A DNA stretch of 64,000 nt. It comes from Alphaproteobacteria bacterium. GTDB lineage: Bacteria > Pseudomonadota > Alphaproteobacteria > SP197. Shown here piece after piece: positions 1 to 9,706 of this stretch (the stretch's first letter is position 1; each line of letters starts with the position of its first letter). The notes beneath the pieces are model-generated. The model was not told the origin of the DNA and did no database searches. It worked only from the letters and a program-made list of their open reading frames with translations. The stretch lies in contig OZ219920.1 of assembly GCA_964291415.2 (NCBI GenBank), positions 928,001-992,000 on the forward strand, given 5' to 3'. A program made the position numbers and the translations under genes.

Positions 1-99
1 CCCTACAGGGCCATCGAGGGCTACGGACTTGCCATCCTCGGCAAGGAACCCTTCGTCGATGCGGCGGCCGGTTCTGACTCTCTCGTGCACAACGCCTGA
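1..99 (+). CDS. 3' end of an upstream gene, possibly RibB/RibBA (partial)
   Basis: Frame 1 reads PYRAIEGYGLAILGKEPF...HNA* with TGA at 97-99, 8 nt before the next ATG. 'EGYGL-x-I' resembles the C-terminus of RibBA-type proteins. Too short to be sure. Confidence 0.4.
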   Translation, partial: PYRAIEGYGLAILGKEPFVDAAAGSDSLVHNA

Positions 100-107
100 C
101 CGGAGCC

Positions 108-1187
108 ATGCCCTTCACGGTGCGACGCGCGGTTCGCGAGATGGCGGCGTATGTCTCCGGCGAGTCTGCCGGAGACATGATTCAGCTGGGTTTCAACGAA
201 TCCGCCTTTCCCGCCAGTCCGCAGGCCATCGAGGCCGCGCGTCAGGCGTGTCGCGACATCCGCAGGTACAACGACGAGAACTATACGGCACTGAAGAGGG
301 CGCTGGCCGACCATCACGGTCTCGACGAGGACCGCATCATCTGCGGCGCCGGTTCGATGGACATCATGCGCGACCTGGCAGGGTGCTGCCTGGAGCCCGG
401 GCGCACACTCGTGACCGGACGATTGAGCTACGCCTTCCCTGCCGTTCTCGCCCGTGCGGCGGGAGCCGATGTGAGGCTGGTCGAGGACTCATCGTTCACG
501 CATGACATCGATGCCTTCATCGACGCCGTCACCGACAGCAGCGCCGTCCTCTACATCGCCACTCCCAACAACCCCACCGGCACATCGGTCAGTCTGGATG
601 CCATGCGCCACCTTGCGGAGGCGATGCCCGACCACGTGCTGCTGCTCATCGATGCGGCCTACGCCGACTATGTCACCACCCCGTCTGCAGCGTCGCCTGA
701 TGTCCTGGTGGACGAAGGGTACAATGCTGCCGTTCTTCACACGTTCTCCAAGGTCCACGGCCTGGCGGGCCTGCGAACCGGCTGGGCCTATGCCGGACGT
801 CATGTCGTCGAGGCGGTGGCGAAGGTCCGGTTGCCGGCCGTTCTTTCCGCACCGGCCATGGCGGCGGCCATCGCCTCGCTTGCCGATACCGCCCACACAA
901 CCGGTGTCGTGCAGCAGACACGTGTTCTCAGGGAGCGGACGGGGGCACGGCTCGCCGAACTCGGCCTTGATGTCACGCCTGGTGACGGCAACTTTCTCAT
1001 GGCCGGACTGCCGCAGTCTGTCGCCATGGACGCCGAGACACTCTATCAGCGGGTGAAGGCGCGCGGCGTCCTTCTCAGGCGCCTCGCCAATTTCGGCCTC
1101 GACCGGCATGTCAGGATCACCATCGGTCCTCCCGACGACATGGCGGCGCTCGATCGAGTTCTCGTGGAGGTGCTGGCCGACGCGTGA
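108..1187 (+). CDS. hisC: Histidinol-phosphate aminotransferase-like PLP enzyme (class I/II)
   Basis: Motifs QLGFNES, PNNPTG, DAAY, PLP-lysine motif HTFSKVHGLAGLRTGW, GNF and VRITIG. May be a paralog with another substrate. Confidence 0.8.
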   Translation: MPFTVRRAVREMAAYVSGESAGDMIQLGFNESAFPASPQAIEAARQACRDIRRYNDENYTALKRALADHHGLDEDRIICGAGSMDIMRDLAGCCLEPGRTLVTGRLSYAFPAVLARAAGADVRLVEDSSFTHDIDAFIDAVTDSSAVLYIATPNNPTGTSVSLDAMRHLAEAMPDHVLLLIDAAYADYVTTPSAASPDVLVDEGYNAAVLHTFSKVHGLAGLRTGWAYAGRHVVEAVAKVRLPAVLSAPAMAAAIASLADTAHTTGVVQQTRVLRERTGARLAELGLDVTPGDGNFLMAGLPQSVAMDAETLYQRVKARGVLLRRLANFGLDRHVRITIGPPDDMAALDRVLVEVLADA

Positions 1188-1223
1188 CCCATGCGCTGGC
1201 CGCCAGACAACAGGAAAGGGAAG

Positions 1224-2162
1224 ATGCCGATGCTTCGACGTGACAAGGTTATCATCACCTGTGCCGTGACCGGATCCATACATACCCCGACGATGAGTCC
1301 GTGGTTGCCGGTCACGCCGCAGGAGATTGCCGATGCATCGATCGGCGCGTGGGAAGCCGGTGCGTCGATCATTCATCTCCATGCCCGCAATTCCGACGGC
1401 AGCCCGACTCCCGATCCCGACGTCTTCATGGAGTTCCTGCCGCGCATCAAGCAGTCGACCGACGCCGTCATCAACATCTCTACCGGCGGAGGACACGGCA
1501 TGTCTCTCGACGAGCGCCTTGCAGGGGCGCTGAGAGCGAGTCCGGAGATGACGTCGCTCAACATGGGATCCATGAACTTCGGCCTCTTCCCCATTCTCGA
1601 CAAGATCACGGACTTTCGTCATGACTGGGAGAGGCGCCACCTGGAAAACTCGAGAGATTTCATTTTCCGTAACACGTTCAAGGATATCGAGCACATCCTC
1701 AAGGTGCTTGGTGAAGAGCGCGGCGTGCGTTTCGAATTCGAGTGCTACGATATCGGTCACCTCTACACGCTGGCCCACTTCCTTGACCGGGGCCTGGTCA
1801 GGCCGCCTCTCTTCGTACAGTCGATTTTCGGCATTCTCGGTGGTATCGGCGCCGATGAGGAGAATCTCATGCACGCCCGGCGCATCGCCGACAAGCTCTT
1901 CGGGGACACCTACCATTGGTCGGTGCTGGCAGCAGGGCGCCATCAGATGAACTTCGTCACCATGGCGGCCATGCTTGGCGGCAATGTCCGGGTGGGACTG
2001 GAAGACAGCCTCTACATCGCGAAGGGCGAGTTGGCGAAGTCGAACCGCGACCAGGTCGCCAAGATACGGCGCATCATCGAGGATCTTTCCCTCGAGGTGG
2101 CGAGCCCGGCCGAGGCCCGCGGCATGCTGTCTCTCAAGGGCGGCGACATGGTGGGGTTCTGA
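1224..2162 (+). CDS. Beta-keto acid cleavage enzyme (BKACE/DUF849, Kce family)
   Basis: KVIITCAVTG...P..P.EIA...EAGASIIHLHAR (Zn HxH), INISTGG and NVRVGLED. Purine-rich RBS before ATG 1224. Confidence 0.92.
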   Translation: MPMLRRDKVIITCAVTGSIHTPTMSPWLPVTPQEIADASIGAWEAGASIIHLHARNSDGSPTPDPDVFMEFLPRIKQSTDAVINISTGGGHGMSLDERLAGALRASPEMTSLNMGSMNFGLFPILDKITDFRHDWERRHLENSRDFIFRNTFKDIEHILKVLGEERGVRFEFECYDIGHLYTLAHFLDRGLVRPPLFVQSIFGILGGIGADEENLMHARRIADKLFGDTYHWSVLAAGRHQMNFVTMAAMLGGNVRVGLEDSLYIAKGELAKSNRDQVAKIRRIIEDLSLEVASPAEARGMLSLKGGDMVGF

Positions 2163-2224
2163 TCTGCAGGCCTGAAGCCCGCGCCACGTCCTCCTGCCTT
2201 CGCGCGAACCTGCGGGACTGCTGA

Positions 2225-3130
2225 TCACGGCCTTCGCCGCTTTCCCCTGTGGCTGATGCGGGGATCGAGTGAATCGCGCAGGCCGTCACCGAGGTAGTTG
2301 ACGGACAGCACCGTCAGCGAGATCGCCAGGCCCGGCCACATCACGCGGCCCGGATACTGCTGCAGATAGTCGGTGGCGTCGAAGAGCAGGCGACCCCAGG
2401 TCGCGAAGTCCGAAGGAAAGCCCAGTCCGAGAAAGGAGAGGGCCGATTCCGTGATGATCGCATTGGCGATCCCGAGTGTCGCGGAGACCGTCATGGGGGA
2501 GAGAACATTCGGCAGGATGTGACGGCGGACAATGCGCCGGGGCGGTGTGCCGACGGAACGCGCTGCGGTGACGAAGTCACGTTCCCGCAGCGTGAGCACC
2601 TCACCCCTGACGACACGCGCGGTCTGCATCCAGCTGGTGATGCCGATCACGACGACGACCATCATGAAGATGCCGGCCTCCTGTCCGAACAGGTTCCGCA
2701 GGGTGTCGCGAAACAGGAGAATGATCACCAGCACGAGGGGAAGGAGAGGGAGCGCCAGGAAGAGGTCCGTGAGACGCATCAGCACCCCGTCGAGCCAGCG
2801 CACGAAGCCGGCGAGGATTCCGATCGCTCCGCCGATGGCAAGCGAGAGCAGCATGGCGGCCATGCCGACCGCCAGCGATGCCCGGCCGCCCTCCATCATG
2901 CGTGCAAGCATGTCCCTCCCGAGCTGATCCGTCCCCAGGGGGTGATCGAGGCTCATCGCGGCGTTGCGGTCGCGGATGTCGACAAGCTGTGGGTCGAGCG
3001 TCCAGACGAGCGGACCGAAGAGGACCACGGTCAGGATAACGAGGAAGAACCCGCCGCCCAGAACGGCGCTCTTTTGTCCCGCAAGCCGGGCCCAGGCCTC
3101 AAGGCGCCGCACATGCCGCGCCTCAGCCAT
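2225..3130 (-). CDS. Peptide/nickel ABC transporter permease (OppC/DppC)
   Basis: HPLGTDQLGRD, FVTAARSVG...RHILPN, ESALSFLGLG and NYLGDGLRD.LDPR. Confidence 0.95.
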   Translation of the reverse strand: MAEARHVRRLEAWARLAGQKSAVLGGGFFLVILTVVLFGPLVWTLDPQLVDIRDRNAAMSLDHPLGTDQLGRDMLARMMEGGRASLAVGMAAMLLSLAIGGAIGILAGFVRWLDGVLMRLTDLFLALPLLPLVLVIILLFRDTLRNLFGQEAGIFMMVVVVIGITSWMQTARVVRGEVLTLRERDFVTAARSVGTPPRRIVRRHILPNVLSPMTVSATLGIANAIITESALSFLGLGFPSDFATWGRLLFDATDYLQQYPGRVMWPGLAISLTVLSVNYLGDGLRDSLDPRISHRGKRRRP

Positions 3131-4130
3131 AGCGGATTCTCGGGTCGAGAATGCCGAGCAGGAGGTCGGCGACAAGATTGAAGAGAATGATGAGCACGGC
3201 GAAGATGAAGGTCAGGGTCTGCACCATCGGCAGGTCGTTCGCCTGGATCGCGGTGATGAGGAGGTGACCGAGTCCGTTCACCTTGAAGACCTGTTCCGTG
3301 ATGATGGCGCCGCCGAAGATTCCCGGCACACCCAGCGCGATGACCGTCACCACGGGGCCAAGCGAGTTGCGAAGGACGTGCACGAGGAGTACCCGCCGCT
3401 CGGGCATTCCCTTGGCGCGCGCCGTGCGCACGTAGTCCAGATGGAGATTGTCCAGTGTCGATGCCCGCATGAATCGGCTGATCTGGGCGGCGTTGAAAAG
3501 GGCAAGGACCGAGACAGGCAGCACCATCTGGCGGATCTGGTGGAGGAAACTCTCCAGGTCCGTCACCCGGTGCGTGGTGTCATAGATCGAGGGAAACCAG
3601 CCCAGGTGAACCGAAAAGATGACGATGAGAAGAACGCCGCTGAAGAAGGTCGGCACGGAGAATCCGACCATGGAGACGAACGTCCCGATCTGGTCGAACC
3701 AGCCGTTGCTGCGCCACGCCGAGACGATGCCGACCGGCACGGCGATGAGAATGCCGACGACATAGGAAAGGCCGACCACCCAGAGGGTCTGCGGCATGCG
3801 CTCGAGGACGATGTCGACCACGGGCGATCGGGATTGCCAGGATATCACGCGAGGACGCTCGCCGGCGACGTCGAACCCCGTGAGGCTCGAGATGAGATGC
3901 AGGGGTTCGTTGACGAAGAACTGGTTGAGCCAGAAAGCGTACCGGATGTGAATCGGTTCACCCAGGCCCAGTGACAGGCGGATCTTCTCCCTGACCTCGA
4001 CGGGGATGGTCAGCGGCAGACTTGCCGTGGGGTCGCCTGGAGCGAGGTCAAGGAGAAGAAAGAGGATGACACTGATGAACAGCAGGGTCGGTACGGCGAA
4101 CGCCAGCCTGCGCAACGTGTAGTGAAACAC
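3123..4130 (-). CDS. Peptide/nickel ABC transporter permease (OppB/DppB)
   Basis: APGDP, DYVRTARAKGM...HVLRNSL, ITEQVF and LDPRIR. GTG start. Confidence 0.95.
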   Translation of the reverse strand: MFHYTLRRLAFAVPTLLFISVILFLLLDLAPGDPTASLPLTIPVEVREKIRLSLGLGEPIHIRYAFWLNQFFVNEPLHLISSLTGFDVAGERPRVISWQSRSPVVDIVLERMPQTLWVVGLSYVVGILIAVPVGIVSAWRSNGWFDQIGTFVSMVGFSVPTFFSGVLLIVIFSVHLGWFPSIYDTTHRVTDLESFLHQIRQMVLPVSVLALFNAAQISRFMRASTLDNLHLDYVRTARAKGMPERRVLLVHVLRNSLGPVVTVIALGVPGIFGGAIITEQVFKVNGLGHLLITAIQANDLPMVQTLTFIFAVLIILFNLVADLLLGILDPRIRYG

Positions 4131-4165
4131 GGTGCCGTTCCGTCACCGGCGAGCCGTCCCCGATG

Positions 4166-5863
4166 TCACCGGATCCGGTACCAGTCGGCGATGTTCCAGA
4201 GTTCGCTGTCCCATGTGTTGAGCAGCACTCCACCCAGCGACGCGGCGTGGGCGGACACCCGCCCCCGATGAACGAGCGGGATCAGCACGTAGTCCTGCAT
4301 CAGCATGTCGTTCATCATTCTGCCAAGACGGGCCCGTTCCTCCGGCTCGCCGGTCCGCGCCAACTCGTCCACCAGAGCGTCGTAGGTGGCGTTGCAGTAG
4401 CGTGGAATGTTCTGGCCCTGCCACTGGGTATCGGGCCGTGGCTCGTTGCCGCATCGCCAGCCGGCGAGGTAGGGCTCCGGATCGGTCCCGTCGAAGCCGT
4501 TGGCGTACATCTGGATGTCGGCAAGAAACTTGAGATAGGTGTCCGGGTTTCCGGGGTCGCCGCCGAAGAACACCGATGCGTCGATGTTGCGCAGCTCCGT
4601 TTCGACCCCGATCCGGGACCACCAGTGCTTGATGAGGGCCTGGAAGTCCTGGCGCACGGCGTTGGTTGAGGTCTGGTAGACGATCGACAGGCGCACGCCG
4701 TCCTTCTGACGGATGCCGTCCGCGCCGGGCAGCCACCCCGCCTCGTCGAGAAGGCGGTTCGCACCATCGATATCCTGAACAAGGCACTCGTCATTGGCGG
4801 TCGACGTGTAGGGCGCTGGCGCGGGCACGATGTTGCAGGTCGTGCGTCCGGCCGGGCCGTAGCCGATCTCGACAAGGGTCGTACGATCGATGGCCATGGA
4901 AAGCGCCTTGCGGACCGCCTGGTCGGACAGCACGGGATGGGGATGTGTCCGTGTCGAGCGCTCGTCGCCGAGACCGGGCGACGGATCGGTGAGATTGACG
5001 ATGAGGCGTTCGACGAGGGTTCCGAAACCGGAAACCACGGCTCCCAGCCCGGCGTCCTGCATGCCCTCGAGAACATCGGGCGCGAGCTGCAGGTTCCAGG
5101 CGTAGTCGAATTCACCGGTTTCGAGGACTGCGCGTCCCGCCGATGCGGCATCGCCCCCGCCCTTCAGGGTCACGGTGCCAAAGGCCGGTTTCGACGGATC
5201 GCGGTAGTGGGGGTTGGCTTCCAGGGAGATGACATCGTTGGACCGGAACTCCACGACCCTGAACGGGCCCGTGCCGATCGGGTTGAAGTTGGCGTCGGTG
5301 CACTCCGGCGCCCGCGCGCCCGTGCACTCGGCAAACTGCGCCTTCTGGAGGATCGGCGAATTGGCGCCGACGAAGGGACCGTATGGGTAGGGCTTGGCAA
5401 CGCCGAAGGTGACCCTGACGGTCTTCTCGTCGACCGCAGCGACATCGACGACATCGTTGAACTGCGTCAGACCGGAGCACCCTCCGGCCGGATCGAGACA
5501 GTAGTGCGCCGTGAACACCACATCGGCCGATGTCACGGGGCTTCCATCGGACCAGACGAGGTCGTCGCGCAAGGTCCAGGTGATGGTTGTCAGGTCGTCG
5601 GATACGCCTCCGTTGGTGACGGTCGGCACGCTTTCGGCCAGCCAGGGCACAAGAGTGCCGGTCTCGTCGTGGCGGGCCAGAGGTTCGAGAATCAACGATG
5701 CCGCCTCCAGATCCTTGGTGCCGCCGGAAAGGTAGGGATTGAGGATCGACGGCGCCTGCCAGTAGAGGATGCCGACATGGCCGTCACGACCTCTCTCGGC
5801 CTTCGCCGTGGCGGATGCAAGAATGAAAGCGGTTGCAAGGATGACCGGGATGATTCTGTTCAT
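4166..5863 (-). CDS. Peptide ABC transporter substrate-binding protein (family 5)
   Basis: Signal peptide MNRIIPVILATAFILASATAKA; WSDG.PVTSADVVFT, PIGTGPF and VRKALSMAIDR. ATGA overlap with the upstream ATPase. Confidence 0.93.
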   Translation of the reverse strand: MNRIIPVILATAFILASATAKAERGRDGHVGILYWQAPSILNPYLSGGTKDLEAASLILEPLARHDETGTLVPWLAESVPTVTNGGVSDDLTTITWTLRDDLVWSDGSPVTSADVVFTAHYCLDPAGGCSGLTQFNDVVDVAAVDEKTVRVTFGVAKPYPYGPFVGANSPILQKAQFAECTGARAPECTDANFNPIGTGPFRVVEFRSNDVISLEANPHYRDPSKPAFGTVTLKGGGDAASAGRAVLETGEFDYAWNLQLAPDVLEGMQDAGLGAVVSGFGTLVERLIVNLTDPSPGLGDERSTRTHPHPVLSDQAVRKALSMAIDRTTLVEIGYGPAGRTTCNIVPAPAPYTSTANDECLVQDIDGANRLLDEAGWLPGADGIRQKDGVRLSIVYQTSTNAVRQDFQALIKHWWSRIGVETELRNIDASVFFGGDPGNPDTYLKFLADIQMYANGFDGTDPEPYLAGWRCGNEPRPDTQWQGQNIPRYCNATYDALVDELARTGEPEERARLGRMMNDMLMQDYVLIPLVHRGRVSAHAASLGGVLLNTWDSELWNIADWYRIR

Positions 5864-6852
5864 GATGTGTGTGGTTCCAGGGTTGGTGGGTGGAGATGGC
5901 AGGCGACGCGATGGTCCGTTGCGACAGTCGCGAGAGGCGGCGCCCTCTGGCCGCACACGGCGGTCGCCATCGGGCAGCGACTCCGGAACACGCACCCCGA
6001 AAGAGACTCGCTTGCCGACGGACTTTCGCCCTCGAGCACGATCCGCCGCCGCCGCGCCGCGCCGGGCATGGGCGGCACGGCGGACATGAGGGCCTGGGTA
6101 TAGGGGTGCAGCGGGGCGTCGAAGAGCACGTCGACCGGTGCATGCTCGACAATCCTTCCCAGATACATGACGGCGACATCGTCGGCCATGTGGCGGATCA
6201 TGCCGAGGTCGTGGCTGATGAACAGGTAGGCCAGTGCATGCTCGTCCTGGAGGTCCTTCAGGAGGTTCACGATCTGCGCCTGGACGGAGAAGTCGAGGCT
6301 GGCGATCGGTTCGTCGCAGACGATCAGCCGGGGTTTGAGCGCCAGGGCCCGCGCGATCCCGATCCTCTGGCACTGCCCTCCCGAAAACTCGTGGGGGAAA
6401 CGGTCGTCCCATGCCCTCAGGAGGCCGACGGCATCCATCAACCGATGGACGGCGCGGATACGTTCGCGACGTGCCGGTTTTCCGTTCTCGTCAAGGGGCT
6501 CGGCGATGATGTCGGCGACACTGAGGCGCGGATTGAGGCACGACAGGGGATCCTGGAAGATCATCTGCATCCTGGGACGGATTTCTCTGAGTTCGCGCGA
6601 CCGTGCGGACGTGACGTCGACGCCCTCCAGGGTGACCGTGCCCGAGGTGATGTCCACCAGGCGGAGCAGCGCGCGTCCGGTGGTCGTCTTGCCGGAACCC
6701 GACTCGCCCACGAGTCCCAAGGTCCTGCCACGTCCGATGGAAAACGAGACACCGTCGACGGCCCGCACGTGGCCGGTGGTGCGCCGCAGGAGTCCCGAGG
6801 TCACGGGAAAGTGAACCCTGAGGTCCTTCACCTCGAGAAGTTCAGGGGTCAT
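5860..6852 (-). CDS. Oligopeptide ABC ATPase (OppF/DppF)
   Basis: Walker A GESGSGKTT, FSGGQCQR, VCDEP, PLHPYT and C-terminal C..F..RC...VACH. Confidence 0.95.
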   Translation of the reverse strand: MTPELLEVKDLRVHFPVTSGLLRRTTGHVRAVDGVSFSIGRGRTLGLVGESGSGKTTTGRALLRLVDITSGTVTLEGVDVTSARSRELREIRPRMQMIFQDPLSCLNPRLSVADIIAEPLDENGKPARRERIRAVHRLMDAVGLLRAWDDRFPHEFSGGQCQRIGIARALALKPRLIVCDEPIASLDFSVQAQIVNLLKDLQDEHALAYLFISHDLGMIRHMADDVAVMYLGRIVEHAPVDVLFDAPLHPYTQALMSAVPPMPGAARRRRIVLEGESPSASESLSGCVFRSRCPMATAVCGQRAPPLATVATDHRVACHLHPPTLEPHTS

Positions 6853-7828
6853 TGTGCTGACCGGCAAGGAAACATGCGGCCTCGCGGCGGCCGGGAAGGG
6901 ACATGGCTGGCGGCACCTCCTCGCGGCAGCGCATGATGGCGACAGTGCAGCGGGGAGCGAAAGAGCAGCAGCGGGGTGTTTCGACGAGGGTCGGCGTCTG
7001 GCCGGGGATGGTGGCGAGCCTTCCCCGGCCGCAGCGGTGGGCCGCGGGCACCGTCTCGAGCAATGCCCGGGTGTAGGGATGCTGCGGCTGACGGAACAGG
7101 TCGTCCGCAGGTGCGGTCTCGACGACCCTGCCGCCGTACATCACGAGCACCCGGTCGGCGATGTCCGCGACGACGCCGAGATCGTGCGAGATCCACACGA
7201 TCGCCATGCCGAACCGTTCCCTGAGGCTGGCGACAAGGTCGAGGATCTGCGCCTGTATGGTGACATCGAGGGCCGTCGTCGGTTCGTCCGCGATCAGGAT
7301 GCGCGGCCTGCAGGAAAGCGCCATGGCGATCATCACCCGCTGGCACATGCCGCCCGAGAACTGGTGGGGATGGTCATCGAGGCGGCGTCCGGCGTCGGGA
7401 ATGCCGACGAGGTCGAGGAGCTCACGCGCCCTGGCTCGCGCTGCCCTGGCTGACAGTCCCAGGTGGTGTCGCATCGGCTCGACGAGTTGATGACCGATCG
7501 TGAGAACGGGATTGAGCGATGTCATCGGGTTCTGGAAGACGAAGCCGATCTCCGCGCCGCAGATGCGGCGCAGTTCCGCGGTGTCCATGGAGAGCAGATC
7601 GCGGCCATCGAAAGTGACCGTGCCTTCGACGATGTCCGCAGGCGGGGTCGGAAGAAGGCCCAGAAGCGACATCATGGTCACCGACTTGCCCGAACCGGAT
7701 TCGCCGACAACGCCCAGCACTTCTCCTTCGTGAAGGTCGAAACTGACCGAGTTGACCGCATGAACAGTCTTCTCGCGCGTGCGAAAGACGGTGCGCAGCC
7801 CCCTGACCTCGAGAAGGCTTCCGGTCAT
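6842..7828 (-). CDS. Oligopeptide ABC ATPase (OppD/DppD)
   Basis: GESGSGKS, FQNPMTSLNP, FSGGMCQR, IADEPTTALDVT and PQHPYT. Confidence 0.95.
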   Translation of the reverse strand: MTGSLLEVRGLRTVFRTREKTVHAVNSVSFDLHEGEVLGVVGESGSGKSVTMMSLLGLLPTPPADIVEGTVTFDGRDLLSMDTAELRRICGAEIGFVFQNPMTSLNPVLTIGHQLVEPMRHHLGLSARAARARARELLDLVGIPDAGRRLDDHPHQFSGGMCQRVMIAMALSCRPRILIADEPTTALDVTIQAQILDLVASLRERFGMAIVWISHDLGVVADIADRVLVMYGGRVVETAPADDLFRQPQHPYTRALLETVPAAHRCGRGRLATIPGQTPTLVETPRCCSFAPRCTVAIMRCREEVPPAMSLPGRREAACFLAGQHNDP

Positions 7829-8473
7829 CCGGGTTCGTTCTCCCGTGTCCGGAACTCCCCTGAAGACGATGCGTTCCCGGGGGTCCTGAAGGAGACGCAA
7901 TAGGGAGCCAGGGCCGTGTCCCTGCCGCTTCGTCCCCGGGTGGGTTGTCCCCGTTTCCCGAGGGGCGCATCGAAGAGGATCCTGTTGCGGACAGCGAACA
8001 TGGCAGGGGTCAGTGTAGGGGGCATGGCGCCATCATGACATCCATCGTCTCAAGGGCTGTTTCTCCAAACCCCTCAGGCATTTCCCAACTGCAAGGACGG
8101 CAACGTCCAAAGGATGAACGCTTGCCAACATTCCCGATCCCGACGCTCGCGGATATCCGGGCAGGGGCTCCGCTACAAGCGTCCTCGCCAGTCAGACGCA
8201 GGCGTTCGCCCTGTCAATCACATCATCTCCGGCCTCGACGGGGCGGGAGGGCCTGAATTCAGGCGGCCGGAGCGTCGGTAGAGCGGCTTTGAGCGCGCAT
8301 GGGAATCCGGAACCAAGCATGGATGCAACAAGCATCGCTAATGGGCCCATTACGACTATAAATTTCGAACATACCGTCGCCATTCTTATCCTCTACGAAG
8401 AGATGCCCCGACGCCACCGGCGCGCATGCCAGCCCGCGTTGGAGCCCCAATCAAGAACACAGGAGATGGCGAA

Positions 8474-9613
8474 ATGTCGAATCCAAGTTCAGGACCGGGA
8501 TCCCTCGTCACCCGTCGGCGCTTTCTGTACGCAAGCGCGGCGGCGGTCGGCGGTACGCTGTCGGCACCTTACGTCATGCGCAGGGCGTCGGCGGCAACGA
8601 CCGAACTGACCATGCTCGCCTGGTACGGCCATGCGGAACCTGACATCGTCGCCGAGTTCGAGGAACAGCATGATGTCGCGGTCAAGCCAAAGTACTACTC
8701 GGGCGGCGACAACATGCTGGCCCTGATTGCCCAGTCGCCACCCGGCACCTACGACCTGATTCTGTCGGACGCCGAGTACGTGCAGCAGCTCAACGCAGCC
8801 GGCTACGTCGAAGAGCTCGATCCGGGCGACTATCCGCTCGACGACTACTATCCGGAGTTTCAGCAGTTCCCCGGGCACTGGAAAGACGGCAAGCTCTTCT
8901 CGGTCATGGTGCGCTTCGGCTTTCTCGGGGTGGCCTACAACACCGAGGCCTTGACGGAGGAGGAAGCAAGGTCGTACGGGGTCTATTGGAGCCCCAAGCT
9001 GACCGGAAAGCTCGGCCACTTCGACTGGCATCTGCCGAATCTCGGTCAGATGAGCCTCCACAACGGCAACGAACCGCCGTTCGACCTCGACGAAGCGGCA
9101 TGGGGCACGCTCCAGGAGACCACCCTGTCACTGCGTCCTCAGGTCGGCGGGTTCTTCGACTATGGCGGCACGTTCGCATCCCTCCAGAATGGGCAGATGC
9201 TCGCCTTCTGCGGCATCGGCGACTGGATCACCGGGGTATTGCAGAAGGAAGGCGCTGCCGTCAGGACCGTTGTGCCCGAAGAAGGCGGACTGCAGTGGAC
9301 CGAGTCGTTTTGCATCGGCAAGGGCGCCAGGCATCCCGAGTTGGCCCGACAGTTCATCCAGTACATCACCTCGCCCGAGGGCCAGGTGAAGTCTGCCAAC
9401 ATGGCCGCTTACCCCGCGCTCATTCCCAGCCAGAAGGGATGGGAGCTCCTCAACGCGCAAACCCCTGAGGAAGCCCAGCGTCAGGGCATGGTGCTGGGGC
9501 AGCGGAACGTGATGGATGACATTCGTGACGGCCGCATCCAGTTCAGAGCCTTGCCCGTGCAGCAAACCCTTGAGGACTGGAATGACTTCTGGTCTGATTA
9601 CAAGAGCGCTTAG
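8474..9613 (+). CDS. Polyamine/opine-type ABC substrate-binding protein (PotD/PotF family), Tat signal
   Basis: Twin-arginine TRRRFL signal; 'FEEQHDV.V', 'YDLI', 'VPEEGGLQWTES' and 'LARQFIQY'. AGGAG upstream. Confidence 0.88.
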   Translation: MSNPSSGPGSLVTRRRFLYASAAAVGGTLSAPYVMRRASAATTELTMLAWYGHAEPDIVAEFEEQHDVAVKPKYYSGGDNMLALIAQSPPGTYDLILSDAEYVQQLNAAGYVEELDPGDYPLDDYYPEFQQFPGHWKDGKLFSVMVRFGFLGVAYNTEALTEEEARSYGVYWSPKLTGKLGHFDWHLPNLGQMSLHNGNEPPFDLDEAAWGTLQETTLSLRPQVGGFFDYGGTFASLQNGQMLAFCGIGDWITGVLQKEGAAVRTVVPEEGGLQWTESFCIGKGARHPELARQFIQYITSPEGQVKSANMAAYPALIPSQKGWELLNAQTPEEAQRQGMVLGQRNVMDDIRDGRIQFRALPVQQTLEDWNDFWSDYKSA

Positions 9614-9630
9614 CAAATCCCGATTTGAAA

Positions 9631-9657
9631 GGGGGCGCCATTGATGATGGCGCCCCC
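9631..9657 (+). terminator. Intercistronic stem-loop after the substrate-binding gene (mRNA-stabilising or partial terminator)
   Basis: GGGGGCGCCAT-tgatg-ATGGCGCCCCC is a perfect 11-bp stem with no clear U-tract. Confidence 0.6.
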
Positions 9658-9706
9658 CTCCCGGACGGAGAAAACAGGCCGGAGACCTGACATGGATGCG
9701 TGAGGC

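Noticed and set aside
489-2228. 579-aa minus-strand ORF and similar long antisense ORFs elsewhere (28949-30862, 35671-37467, 54543-56351)
   Set aside because: They overlap well-supported genes on the opposite strand and show no recognisable motifs.
5860-7828. ABC signature variants FSGGQCQR and FSGGMCQR as a sign of inactivation
   Set aside because: Cys at this position is a common variant in Opp/Dpp ATPases, and the Walker A/B motifs and H-loop are intact.
8120-8215. 'PIPTLADIRA' resembling the start of a threonine/serine dehydratase
   Set aside because: Only about 10 residues with no continuation, so it cannot be told from chance.
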